This document shows positions 13,713-25,102 of a stretch of DNA of 64,000 nt, one piece after another (the stretch's first letter is position 1; every line of letters starts with the position of its first letter). The stretch covers positions 3,534,001-3,598,000 of the forward strand of contig JAWMAR010000242.1 in assembly GCA_036785375.1 (NCBI GenBank), given 5' to 3'. The stretch comes from Leucoraja ocellata. Taxonomy: Eukaryota. The position numbers were made by a program, and so were the translations under genes. The notes under the pieces are model-generated. The model searched no databases and had not been told where the DNA came from. It saw only the letters and a program-made list of their open reading frames with translations.

Positions 13713-13839
13713 ACTCATCTCAAAGAAACCTACATTTAAATCTACTGATTTCTATGACATTAAAATGACTGGTAGAATTTTATTTTCCGTATGTCAGCTG
13801 AACTCAGAATAACTCTGAAGAACCATGTACTCTTGTACT

Positions 13840-14274
13840 CGGCTTGTACTCGCTAGAATTTAGAAGATTGAGGGGGGATCTTATAGAAACTTACAAAATT
13901 CTTAAGGGGTTGGGCAGGCTAGATGCAGGAAGATTGTTCCCGATGTTGGGGAAGTCCAGAACAAGGGGGTCACAGTTTAAGGATAAGGGATGTCTTTTCG
14001 GACCGAGATGAGGAAAACATTTTTCACACAGAGAGTGGTGAATCTGTGGAATTCTCTGCCACAGGTGGTTGAGGCCAGTTCATTGGCTATATTTAAGAGG
14101 GAGTTAGATGTGGCCCTTGTGGCTAAAGGGTTCAGGGGATATGGAGAGAAGGCAGGTACAGGATACTGAGTTGGATGATCAGCCATGATCATATTGAATG
14201 GCGGTGCAGGCTCGAAGGGCCGAATGGCCTACTCCTGCACCTATTTTCTATGTTTCTATATCTATGTTTCTATG
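13840..14274 (+). mobile_element. Young CR1/HER1 LINE 3' fragment
   Basis: LYSLEFRRLRGDLIETYKIL...FFTQRVVNLWNSLP coding remnant, the 3' UTR gggccgaatggcctactcctgcacc, and a (CTATGTTT)n tail. Confidence 0.92.
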
Positions 14275-14523
14275 ATCTGCAACCAAATTGGCAGCATGAG
14301 TTGTAACGTCATCTTTGCCTTGTGGTGCTTTTTAAAGTGAGGGGAGGCAGTGCTGTGAACATGCATACTGAGGTAGACACACCTTTGAGAGTCAGAAGCA
14401 CAGTTACACCATTGGTAGGTATTGAAGTAGACAGGAGCTGCTTTTGTTCTCTGGCCAGGAAACGTCAACAGTGGGAAAAAATAATATTTCTATTACACAT
14501 TGGTAAGGTGGCAAGTTACTTAC

Positions 14524-15407
14524 TGAATTAGATTTATATTGAACCATTGTTTCTTCATCAGACTGAGATATATTTACTGACTGTGAGTTTGGTGATGTAC
14601 TAATGTCATGCCTTGATCGAGGCTCCAGCTTTACATTCATTCTCAGGTTCTCCAACCTCTGTACATTGGGCTCAGAGGGGGACATAAGTATAAAGTTCTC
14701 TTTATTTTGCATTGTGGGCTTTAGCCTCTGTACTCCATAGCTAAGGAAATCTGGATGGTAATCTTCCATCATGTTTCTGGAGCTGAGTTTATTGTAGTGT
14801 TGTTCTGAATATGTGTCTTGCACATAGGAATCCATGCGTTGTAGGGGTTTCATTTCCATTTCATAATTACTAAGTTTTTCTTCATCCTGTTCATGCAACT
14901 GTTTACTGGAATCATGATTATGCAACTGGTAGGATGTCCATGAAAATGTTGGCGACTCGGCCCCCTTTCTGTCAGTGAGTCTATGGTTGTACTTGCATTC
15001 GTTGCCTCTCACCCTGATCTCTTCAACCAGTGACGTTGCGTTTGAGCTGCTGCTCCCTTTGCTGCCTCCTCTACGAGTTCCCGATCTCTGCTTCTCATTC
15101 CACTTGGCAGATCTTGGATAGTCACTCCTTCCCCCTTCCAGCAACATCTGAATGTCCTGCCCTTTGTCACATTCCATGTTCATCTGCCGGACAAGCCTGG
15201 TACCCTTTTTCCTGTACTTTGGTGGCGAGGTGGATGGTGAGGTGGATGACCGGCTTGGCACAGGACTATGTTCGGGAGTGAGATCCGGGGGTGTCGTTCC
15301 TTTCCTGTAGAGCTCTGGACTCTCTTCTAGTGGGAGACTCTCTGAGGAAATTCTGTCGATCTCATTCTCCGTTGAGTTTTGGAGTGTTGGCCTTTGATAC
15401 TCAATTC
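14524..15407 (-). CDS. JPH3: Junctophilin-3, large divergent-region exon (exon 4), 884 nt
   Basis: Lies within ORF 14404..15429(-). Acceptor ttttcccatcAG|GA ATT GAG TAT; donor TCA|GTAAGT. Contains the JPH3 motifs EYQRP, ESPELYRKGTTPxDLTP, DIQMLLEG, ESPxFxWTS, EEKLSNYxMEMKPL, GVQRL, QNKENF and SDEE. Phase 1 start, phase 0 end. Confidence 0.96.
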
Positions 15408-15984
15408 CTGATGGGAAAAGAAAGAACACAAAATATTTAATACATAGCTTCCTGCCCCTTTGTCAACTACCACAGCATTGAATATCCACGGCACAGTTTC
15501 CTCCTGATCTGATTACAAAGGATAATCTCCAACAACCCTGAGCTGTCACGCGGTTCCTCGTAAAACACGTTATCACAGATTAGGTTGAATAAATGGAATT
15601 GACATCAATTGCAATTACCTTTGGATAACCAATAGCTTTGGTGGAGAATTAGCTCCGTATTTGATACAAGGACAGTCACTTCCTGCAACAACTCAATCCA
15701 AGATTCACTGATAGACATCTGGAATATTAGATTGACAACTCTACCATACACGCTATTGTTTTATGACTGCTTTTCCTTTCTAATACATATTGATAGAGTT
15801 TGCAAAAATTAATTTTGGACTTAAGTAGCGTTGACTATCTTCACCTGTGGTTAAGTTAATGCATAATTCGATTTTTTTTAAATTCTGGAATAAATGTAAT
15901 AAAAAAATATTAACATTGCAATTTCACCCGGAGAAATGAAACTATAGTAGATTTTCTATCAAATGTGTAGCAATGACATAGAGT

Positions 15985-17405
15985 GTGTAAGAAAGAACTG
16001 CAGATGCTGGTTGAAATCCAAGGTAGACACAAAATTCTGGAGTAACTCAGTGGGTGAGGCAGCATCTCTGGAGAAAAGGAATGGGTGACGTTTTGGGTCG
16101 AGACCCTTCTTCAAACTGATGCCAGGGGAGGGGCAGGGCAAAGATGGAATGTAGGCAGAAACAGTGATATTAGTGGGAGAACTAGGAAGGGGGAGGGGAT
16201 GGAGAGGGAAAGCAAGGGCTATCTGATGTTAGAGAAGTCAATGCTCATATTGCTGGGGTGAAATATGAGGTGCCGTTCCTCCAATTTGCACTGGGCCTCA
16301 CTCTGACAATGGAGGAGGCCCAGGACAGAAAGGTCAGATTGGGAATGGGAGGGGGAGTTGAACTGTTGAGCCACTGGCTGATCAGGTAGGTTAAGACAGA
16401 CTGAGTGGAGGTGTTCAGCGAAACGATCGCCGAGCCTGCGCTTGGTCTCACTGATGTAGAGAAGTTGACACCTGGAACAGCGGATACAGTAGATGAAGTT
16501 GGAGGAGGTGCAAGTGAACCTCTGCCTCACCTGGAAAGACTGTTTGGGTCCTTTGATGGAGTCGAGGGGGAGGTTGCAGGGGAAGGAACCTAGAGAGGGG
16601 GTGGTTTGGGTGGGAAAGGACGAGGTGACCAGGAAGTTTCGGAGGGAACGGTCTCTGTGGAAAGCAGAAAGGGGTGGAGGTGAGAATATGTGGCCAGTAG
16701 TGGGATCCTGTGGGAGGTGGCGAAAATGTTGGAGGATTATATGCTGTATGCGACAGCTGATGGGGTGGAAGGTGAGGACAAGGAGGACTCTGTCCTTGTT
16801 ACGAGTGGGGGGAGGGGGAGCAAGAATGGAGCTGCGGGATATCGAGGAGACCCTAGTGAGAGCCTCATCTATAATGGAGGATCGGATCCCTGTTTCCTAA
16901 AGAATGAGCACATCTCCGATGCCCTGGGAAAACTTCATCCTGGGCACAGATGCAACGTTAGATGGAGGAATAGGGGATGGAGTCTTTACAGGAAGCAGGA
17001 TGGGAAGAAGTGGAGTCTAGATAGCTATGGGAGGCAGTAGGTTTGTAATAGATGTCGGTCAATAGTCTGTTTCCTGTGATGGAGACGGTGAGATCTAGAA
17101 ATGGTAGGGAGATGTCGGAGATGGTCCAAGTGAATTTGAGTGCAGGATGGAAATTAGTGATGAGTTGATGAAGTCAGTGAGTTCTGCATGGGTCAAGGAG
17201 GCAGCACCAATGCAGTCGTCAATGTAGCGGAGGTAACGTTCAGGGATAGGGCCAGTGTACGCCTGTAGGGATTGTTCGACGTACCCTACAAAGAGGCAGT
17301 CACAGCTCGGGCCCATGCGAGTGCCCATAGCTACGCCTTGGATTTGGAGGAAATGGGAGGAATTGAAGGAGAAGTTGTTGAGGCTAGGGACCAGCTCTGC
17401 TAGGT
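15985..17405 (-). mobile_element. Penelope-like retroelement, 5'-truncated (RT C-terminal part + GIY-YIG endonuclease + pseudo-LTR)
   Basis: RT motifs MGTRMGPS...YLRYIDDCIG (ORF 17095..17328). GIY-YIG-like IYCIRCSRCQLLYISETKRRLGDRFAEH (ORF 16219..16530). Frameshifted. Degenerate hammerhead near 16087-16114. Confidence 0.92.
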
Positions 17406-18154
17406 GGACATGGATACTGTTCAGGGACTGTCATATTGCAAGTGGGAATTTCCGTATTTGCAGTGTCTTCTTAGTCCTAGCTTTGCTGCTTTACAGTTGT
17501 ATAATAGTGTACAATACAATAAAGTTGTATTGCTGTATTGCTGTATTGAATACATGGATCATTGGCCTGCCTCTTTAATTAATATCTCGTGGCATCTTCA
17601 GTACGAACCGAGTCATTCTTAATTCCATTCTGGTCTTCAAAGGATAATTAGGGACAGTTAATGGCAATTGAAAAAGAGCGTGTTGATTTATTTTACTGAC
17701 CTTACATTAAACACTTGTCCTTGCTTCATCTCAGTATTGCAGATTGTTACCTTTCCACCTGCATTGCAAACTTGCTCCCACTTTTCCCTGGAGTCCACTG
17801 TTCGTTCTATCATTGTAATGCTGAAACTACTTTGAAGTTGGAGTTGGTATTTTTTTAAGACTAATCAAATGCCATTTTCTGGTATAAAGTTGGAAAGCCC
17901 AGGCCCTGTGACCAGCTGGGCTCTTCACTTTTGAGTAGATATTGAAAGTGTCTCAGAACTTCTTGGTCTGGAAGTTACTCACTGTGTAAACATTGGACTT
18001 GGCAGGAAAAATGGTTCATCCGTGCAGGTTCATGGTTAATAATCAACGTTAGCGTAGATGGTACAGTAAAAAAAGATCTGCTTAAAGTTTCAAAATGCCC
18101 AGACTTGTTATTTGAACAGGAATCCTGTTCTTGAATGTTGAAAGAAAGCACTCC

Positions 18155-19935
18155 AGATGCTGGTCAATAAACAAAAGGTCACATTTTGTTGGAGTAACTC
18201 AGCGGGTCAGGCAGCATCCCTGGAGAACATGGATGGGTGAGGTTTCGGGTCAAGACCCTTCTTCAGACTGATTGTGGTGGGGTGAAGAAAGCTGGGTAAG
18301 GGGAGAGGCAGGGTCTGCGGGGGAGGGGATGGGTCGCCACTAGTAAGGGAGAGCTTACAGGCAGCTCTTTGTGGAAAATGGACAAAGATAAGAAAGGCAG
18401 GAAGGAGGCTGTGAGACACGGTGGAAGAGTTGTGGGTTGGCAAGCCAGAGGGTGGAAATTGGCGGGGGTGTAGGTGGGGGGGTGGTGAGTGGAGGGGGGT
18501 GGTGAGGGGAGGGGGGGGAGTGGAGGGGGAGTGGTGAGGGGAGTGGGGGGTGGTGAGTGGAGGGGGGGGTGGTGAGTGGAGGGGGGGTGGTGAGTGGAGG
18601 GGGGTGAGTGGAGGGGGGGCGGTGAGTGGAGGGGGGGTGGTGAGTGAGGGGGGATGGTGAGTGGAGGGGGGTGGTGAGTGGAGGGGGGGGGGTGAGTGGA
18701 GGGGGGGTGGTGAGGGGAGGGGGGGGAGTGAGGGGGACTGGTGAGGGGAGGGGGGGGGGGGTGGTGAGTGGAGGGGGGGTGGTGAGGGGAGGGGGGGGAG
18801 TGGAGGGGGAGTGGTGAGGGGAGGGGGGGGTGGTGAGTGGAGGGGGGGCGGTGAGTGGAGGGGGGGTGGTGAGTGGAGGGGGGTGGTGAGTGGAGGGGGG
18901 GCAGTGAGTGGAGGGGGGGGTGGTGAGTGGAGGGGGGGCAGTGAGTGGAGGGGGGGGGTGAGTGGAGGGGGGGGTGAGTGGAGGGGGGGTGGTGTGTGGA
19001 GGGGGGGGTGGTGTGTGGAGGGGGGGGTGAGTGGAGGGGGGGGTGAGTGGAGGGGGGGGTGAGTNNNNNNNNNNNNNNNNNNNNNNNNNNNNNNNNNNNN
19101 NNNNNNNNNNNNNNNNNNNNNNNNNNNNNNNNNNNNNNNNNNNNNNNNNNNNNNNNNNNNNNNNNNNNNNNNNNNNNNNNNNNNNNNNNNNNNNNNNNNN
19201 NNNNNNNNNNNNNNNNNNNNNNNNNNNNNNNNNNNNNNNNNNNNNNNNNNNNNNNNNNNNNNNNGGGTGGTGAGGGGAGGGGGAATGAGTGGAGGGGGTG
19301 TGGTGGGGGGGAGCGGGGAGTGAGTGGAGGGGGGATGGGGAATGTAGGGGGGGGGTGGTGAGTGGGAGAGAAGGGGGGGTAGTGAGTGGAGGGGGGGGTG
19401 AGTGGAGGGGGGTAGTGAGTGGAGGGGGGGTGAGTGGAGGGGGGGTGAGTGGAGGGGGGGTGGTGAGTGGAGGGGGGGGTGAGTGGAGGGGGGGTGAGTG
19501 GAGGGGGGGTGGTGAGTGGAGGGGGGGTGGTGAGTGGAGGGGGGGGTGAGTGGAGGGGGGGGTGAGTGGAGGGGGGTAGTGAGTGGAGGGGGGGGGTGAG
19601 TGAAGGGGGGGCGGTGAGTGGAGGGGGGTAGTGAGTGGAGGGGGGGGTGATGAGTGGGGGGGGTAGTGAGTGGAGGGGGGGGTGAGTGGAGGGGGGTAGT
19701 GAGTGGAGGGGGGGGTGAGTGGAGGGGGGTAGTGAGTGGAGGGGGGGTGAGTGAAGGGGGGGCGGTGAGTGGGAGGTGGAAGTCCAGGTGGGGCACAGGG
19801 GAGGGAAACGGTGGGGGGAGAAGATAAGGTGGGGGTGGGGGGGGGGGGAGGGGGGGGGGGTTGGAAAGGTTAACTAAAATTGGTGTATTCAATGCTCATA
19901 TCCTTAGCTATCCAAAGAGAATATGAAGTGCTGTT
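18155..19935 (-). mobile_element. Penelope pseudo-LTR fragment expanded by a G-rich satellite
   Basis: pLTR end and hammerhead motif at 18155-18270; GIY-YIG-terminal remnant at 19870-19935; the satellite lies between them. Confidence 0.7.
18462..19860 (+). repeat. G-rich tandem repeat, unit about (GGT)GAGTGGAGGGGGG (15-18 bp); includes gap 19065-19264
   Basis: Directly visible tandem units with runs of 6-9 G. It produces the spurious Pro-rich and Gly-rich ORFs. Confidence 0.97.
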
Positions 19936-20392
19936 TAGTTTATTGTCACGTGTACCTTGGTACGATGAAAAGCATTTTGTTGCATGCTAACCAGTCAGTG
20001 GAAGGACTATAGACGATTACAATCAAGCTGTCCACAGTATACAGATACAGGATAAAAGGAATAATATTTTGTGCAAGATAAAGTCCAGTGCAGTTCATTT
20101 AAGATAGTCCGAGGATCTCCAATGAGGTAAATGGTAGCTCAGGACTGCTCTCTAGTTGGTGATAGGATGGTTGAGTTGCCTGGTAACATCTGAGGAGAAA
20201 CTATCCCTGAAACTGGAGGTGTACGTTTTCATATTTCTGTACTTCTGGCCTGATGGGAGAGTGGGGAAGAGGGAGTGTCCGGGGTGAGACTCATCCTTAA
20301 TCATGCTAGTAGCCTTGCTGAGGCAGCGAGAAGTGTAGATGGAGTCGAAGGAAGAAAGGTCGGTTTGCGAGATGGTCCGGGCTGCATCCACT
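19934..20392 (-). mobile_element. Rex1/Babar-type LINE 3' fragment
   Basis: ORF 20152..20391(-): SIYTSRCLSKATSMIKDESHPGHSLFPTLPSGQKYR, followed by the standard tail. Confidence 0.85.
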
Positions 20393-21226
20393 TGTGCTTA
20401 TTGGTTACAATTTGAGGAATATGATGATGCTACTGAGTATGATATGCCAATATACCAGCTAGCAACTGACCTTCTCCATAAAGACTTGGTCATTTACTAT
20501 AAATTGTAATTTCTTTACCTGTCCGTTATGGACTTACAGCACATAATACAATAATATTAAAGTTCTGATCTTGAGAATATCACATTTTTGAATTAAGGCA
20601 GTCTGGGTGTTTATTACTATTTCCATCACAACGGCCCATTTTGCAATGATCTACAATTAGGTAAATAACTAATTATATGCTTTAATTTCAGGTCATCCAA
20701 GTAAGATGTTTCATATTTGTTTCAGAATGCTTCAATCTATAATAACTGAACGTTTCATTCAGTTCTCTAAATTTTTAAGAAAGTTATGGGCTTTTGCCTG
20801 TTCTCGATCACAGCTTGTGTGTTAATCATTGGAAAAGCAATAGGGAACAAGATGCTAATTTCCAAGTATGAAAATTACCATAACGTTTTTAATACTGAAG
20901 ATATGAAAGTGAATTAGGTGTCAAATTAAAGATCTTTTTATGCTTTATCTGATTTTTAGAATCTCAAAATTTTGTAACATTCCTAGTTATTGTGGTAAGA
21001 TTTCCATTTACTGTTTTACATTATTCTCATTGGTGACCCTCGGGCTATCCTTGATCAGACTTTGCTGGCTTTACCTTGTACTAAACATTATTCCCTTATC
21101 ATGTAATCATGTATTGTCTTTCAGCTGACTGGGTCGCACGCAACAAAAGCTTTTCACTGTACCTTGGTACACGTGACAGTAAACTGACCTGAACTGTCAT
21201 GTTATTCCTGGTAACCTTTTAGTCAT

Positions 21227-21433
21227 AGACACAAAATGCTGGAGTAACTCAATGGGACAGGCAGCATCTCTGGAGAGAAGGGATGGGTGACGTTTCTTCA
21301 GATCTGAAGAAGGGTCTCGACCCGAAACATCACCCATTCCTTCTCTCCAGAGATGCTGCCTGTCCCGCCGAGTTACTCCAGCAATTTGTGTCTATCTTCG
21401 ATTTAAACCAGCATCTGCAGTTCCTTCCTGCAC
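21227..21433. mobile_element. Penelope-derived fold-back mini-element with hammerhead core
   Basis: Inverted arms. TSD AACCTTTTAGTCAT / AACCTTTAAGCCAT at 21213-21226 and 21434-21447. Core CTGAAGA-A-GGGTC-TC-GACCC-GAAAC-ATC at 21304-21331. Confidence 0.85.
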
Positions 21434-23094
21434 AACCTTTAAGCCATGCCAGTCAACTTCCCATTGCAAGATTATGTACATTTCTTCTCTTGGATATTTC
21501 ACTTTGCAATTACATGGCTAGCAGAACAGAAAGATCTTTCAGATCCCCATAGAGATCAAAACAGGTTTTAGCTTCACTGTCAATCCTTGGGGGGGATGCT
21601 GCTCCATTTATTACATTCATTCAAGTTATAGCGAAGACTTTACTTGAACCCGCAAGTTGTAAATACACTTACTATAGTTACATTGAGAACTTGGTCAATT
21701 TGTGCCTTCCAGGAATGTTCTTCAGACAATGAAAGAGATATTATTGCGTTTATGAATCAAATTCTTATTTGATCTTTGATTAATGTGGCCTACGATCTTT
21801 AGTGGCCGAATCCTTCTTAAATCGTACATTTGCTCAAAATGCTCCTTTAAGTACCACTAAACACTAAAATGTGGACATACTGTAACATAGAACAGTACAG
21901 CTCTGGAGAAGGCCCTTTAGCCCACAATGTTTGTGCTGATTATGATGCCAAGTTAAACTGATCTCATCTACACACCTCTGGTTCCACCAACACCACTGGT
22001 ACTGTGGTCCACGCTCCCACCCATCTTGGTGTAAATACACTTGCCCCACCCATCTCCATTAAGCTTGCCCCTTCTCACCTTATAGCAATGCCCTCTGTTG
22101 GACATTCTCCACCCTGGGAAAAAGATCCTGACTGACTACATTCTGACTCTCTACCCTATCAATGACGAAGGAAAAAAAAGCCAAGTAAAATTTATTAAAA
22201 AAACACAAAACTTTGAAATAATTATCAGAGGGAGTGCTAATCCAGCCATGCAACATTGGTTGTGTTGGGACCTAAGTGATTGTTAACCTGTAATTATGGT
22301 TTTGTAATGTCCCAAAAGACAAGAGAACTTTATGCAATAAAGATCAAAGATTCAAAGAGGGGTTCATATATTCCTAGATTATTGCATTTTTGCTGATTAT
22401 GCTGGAGGAGGCTGCATGGACCTGTGCAAAATACTGAGTTATGAGACTATCTTCTGGATCTCCGTGGAATTGATATTTCAGAAGTTCCCCTCACTTCCTC
22501 TCCCCAATCAGATTGGAATCAGTTGGAGTTCAGAAAATAGGTGCAGGAGCCATTCGGCCCTTTGAGCCAGCACCGCCATTCAATATGATCACAGCTGATC
22601 ATACTAAATCAGTACCTGGTTCCTGCTTTTTCCCCATATCCCTTGATTCCATTAGCCCTACTTGAATACGTCTCTTGAGTTCCTCTAATTGCAACGGAAA
22701 AAAATATTCATAAATGGGCCTAGATAATGTTCATATAGAGTGTTAAACAGGCAACAATGACAGGGCAGTGTGATGCTCATTTAGAATCTGACATACCGTT
22801 AAACAACTCTTCCTCCAGGTACCAATGTTACCAATTCACGCTGGATAATAATTGAACCAGTACACTGGATGTCTAAAATTCATGTGCCCATTTGGCTCAT
22901 TTTATGAATCTCACTAAAGAAAGAAAAGCATTGCAAATGCTTTTTGAGTGAAAGCTGGAAATATTATTCAAAACTGGTTTATAGACACAAAATGTTGGAG
23001 TAACTCAGTGGGACAGGCAGCATTACTGGAGAGATTTCTGAAGATCTTTCCTAGACCCAACACACTGATGCAATTATAAAGAAAGCCCATTAAT

Positions 23095-23560
23095 GTGAGA
23101 AAATTACAGAGATTCGGTATGTCAGAGAGGATTCTCTTGAACCTCTACAGCTGTACTGTAGAGAGCATATTGACTGGTTGCATCACGGCCTGGTTCAGCA
23201 ACTTGAATGCCCAGGAGTGAAAAAGACTACAAAAAGTTGTGAACACTTCCCAGTCAAGAAGAGTCTCGACCCGAAACGTCACCCGTTCCTGCTCTCCAGA
23301 GATGCTGCCTGACCCCCTGAGCTACTTCAGAACTTTGTGTCTATCAACATGTACTCACCTCCCCACCATCGGATGGGTTTTACCAGAATCGCTGCCTCAA
23401 AAAGGCAACCAACATCATCAGAGATACACATTTTACCCCTGCCATCGGGAAGAAGGTGCAGGAGCTTGAAAACAGCAACATCCAGGTTCAAGAACAGCTT
23501 CTTCCCTACAGCCATTACGCTACTCAACACTAAAACCTGCATTAAGCCCTGAACTACATA
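23095..23560 (+). mobile_element. Rex1/Babar-type LINE fragment with a nested Penelope pLTR piece (about 23250-23345)
   Basis: gagagcatattgactggttgcatcacggcctggtt and LPLPSGRRCRSLKTATSRFKNSFFPTAITLLN. Its 3' tail is split by the Helitron and ends near 24656. Confidence 0.8.
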
Positions 23561-23599
23561 GACTATTATTGCACTATTATTGTGTGTTGTGTTTTTATC

Positions 23600-23747
23600 T
23601 GTATGTATGTGTGCGTGTGCGTGAGTGTATACATACATAGATATATAAATATTTATGTATAGGATCTGTATACATGTGTATATGTGAGTATGTGTATATA
23701 TATATATATATATATACCGACACACACACACACACACACACACACAC
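23600..23747. repeat. Compound (TA)n/(TG)n/(CA)n microsatellite
   Basis: Directly visible. Confidence 0.95.
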
Positions 23748-23847
23748 TGAACTTTTTTTTCTCGTTTAACATGTTGTTTACATGTACTATGTTTACATAT
23801 TGTGTTGTGCTGCTGCAAGTAAGAATGTCATTGTTCTATCTGGGATA

Positions 23848-24627
23848 TCATATACTTATTGAAAGTCTGATCTTGTACGTGTGTATATGTGTGTGTATAT
23901 GTGGTTGTCTTTACATCTTTGCAAAAACACTACACTGTAACAATTACATTTTTACATATCCCGATTGGCATTTTTCCCTTCGAGGCCGGGACCACCTTAT
24001 CTGAACATTTTATGCTTTATTTCTCGACTTATTCTCGACTCATTAATGATTAAAAGTCTCAAAAAGTCAAAAGAGTTTGAAATTAAAACCACCAGCTTCA
24101 ACTGATGACATCACAATGGCTTAGCTAGCAGAGACCAGCCTCATCCTAAATTTGACACATTATTTGCGATTAAAGCTTTAAATGTACCAGCTTCCACAAG
24201 ATTTTTACATATTCTGATTCACATTTCCCCCCTCTAGGCAGAGATCACTTTCACTGAATATTTTATGCTTTATTTCTCGACTTATTAGTGATTAAAGTTT
24301 TAAAAATCAAAATACCTTGAATTTCAAACCGACTAGCTTCAACTGATGACGTCACAATGGCAGCTTCAACTGATGACATCACAATGGCAGCTTCAACTGA
24401 TGACGTCATAATGGATAGACTAGCAGGGGAGGGCGAATTGCTCTTGCAACACACAGGGCAAGTGCAATTGGAATTTTTTTTAAAGAGCACTGCTGAGGGA
24501 GGCAAGGGGAGTGCTGGAATCTTACGTTCTGGAATGGCTTGTTGGAGGATCACGCCTCCCGTGGGGGCTACAGGTAGGGAACGGGTGCGTTGGGGGAGCA
24601 GACCCAATGGGTCTGCACTTAGTCTGG
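23848..24627 (+). mobile_element. Non-autonomous Helitron (780 bp)
   Basis: Starts A|TC, ends CTGG|T (CTRR). Hairpin GCAGACCCA-A-TGGGTCTGC at 24598-24616, 11 nt from the end. No TSD. The host LINE tail rejoins across the AT site. Internal 27-bp tandem repeats. Confidence 0.85.
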
Positions 24628-24665
24628 TACAACAATAAAACACTCTTGACTCTTGAGAAGGAATC

Positions 24666-24703
24666 TGGGTCTGAAGAAGGGTCTCGACCCGAAACGTCAC
24701 CCA
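24666..24703 (+). ncRNA. Minimal type I hammerhead ribozyme motif (Penelope-associated)
   Basis: TGGGT-CTGAAGA-A-GGGTC-TC-GACCC-GAAAC-GTC^ACCCA: stem I TGGGT/ACCCA, intact core boxes, stem II, and a loop-less palindromic stem III (ACGT). Confidence 0.8.
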
Positions 24704-25102
24704 TTCCGTCTCTCCAGAAATGCTGCCTGTCCCGCTGAGTTACTCCAGCTTTTGTGTCTCTCTTCGCTTCAATGACTGGTTTGGTAGGAAGGCCATTCAT
24801 CCCTATGCCTTGAGCCACAATTTGGTGTTTTGCATGTGTATGTCACCTTGCCTGATTGGAATGGCACTGTCTGTATTTCTCATTCAAAATCAGATAACTT
24901 CAGATGTAAAGAAATTTGAAATAAAAGCAGCAACTGGACTGCTGGAAACATGTCAGCATCTGTGCAATGTTAAACACAGTTAACGTATCTGGTTGAAGAT
25001 GTTCGTCTTCACATAATGAGCTCTTTCTGGGGGTGGCAGAGCTGACCATTTCTGCTGGAAGTGTGTGATATTGGTTATCTATTTGTACAGTCGCCATTAG
25101 AA

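Noticed and set aside
18207-19892. 561-aa Pro-rich (extensin-like) ORF and overlapping Gly-rich ORFs
   Set aside because: Translation of the G-rich satellite across an N gap; stop codons are absent only because of composition.
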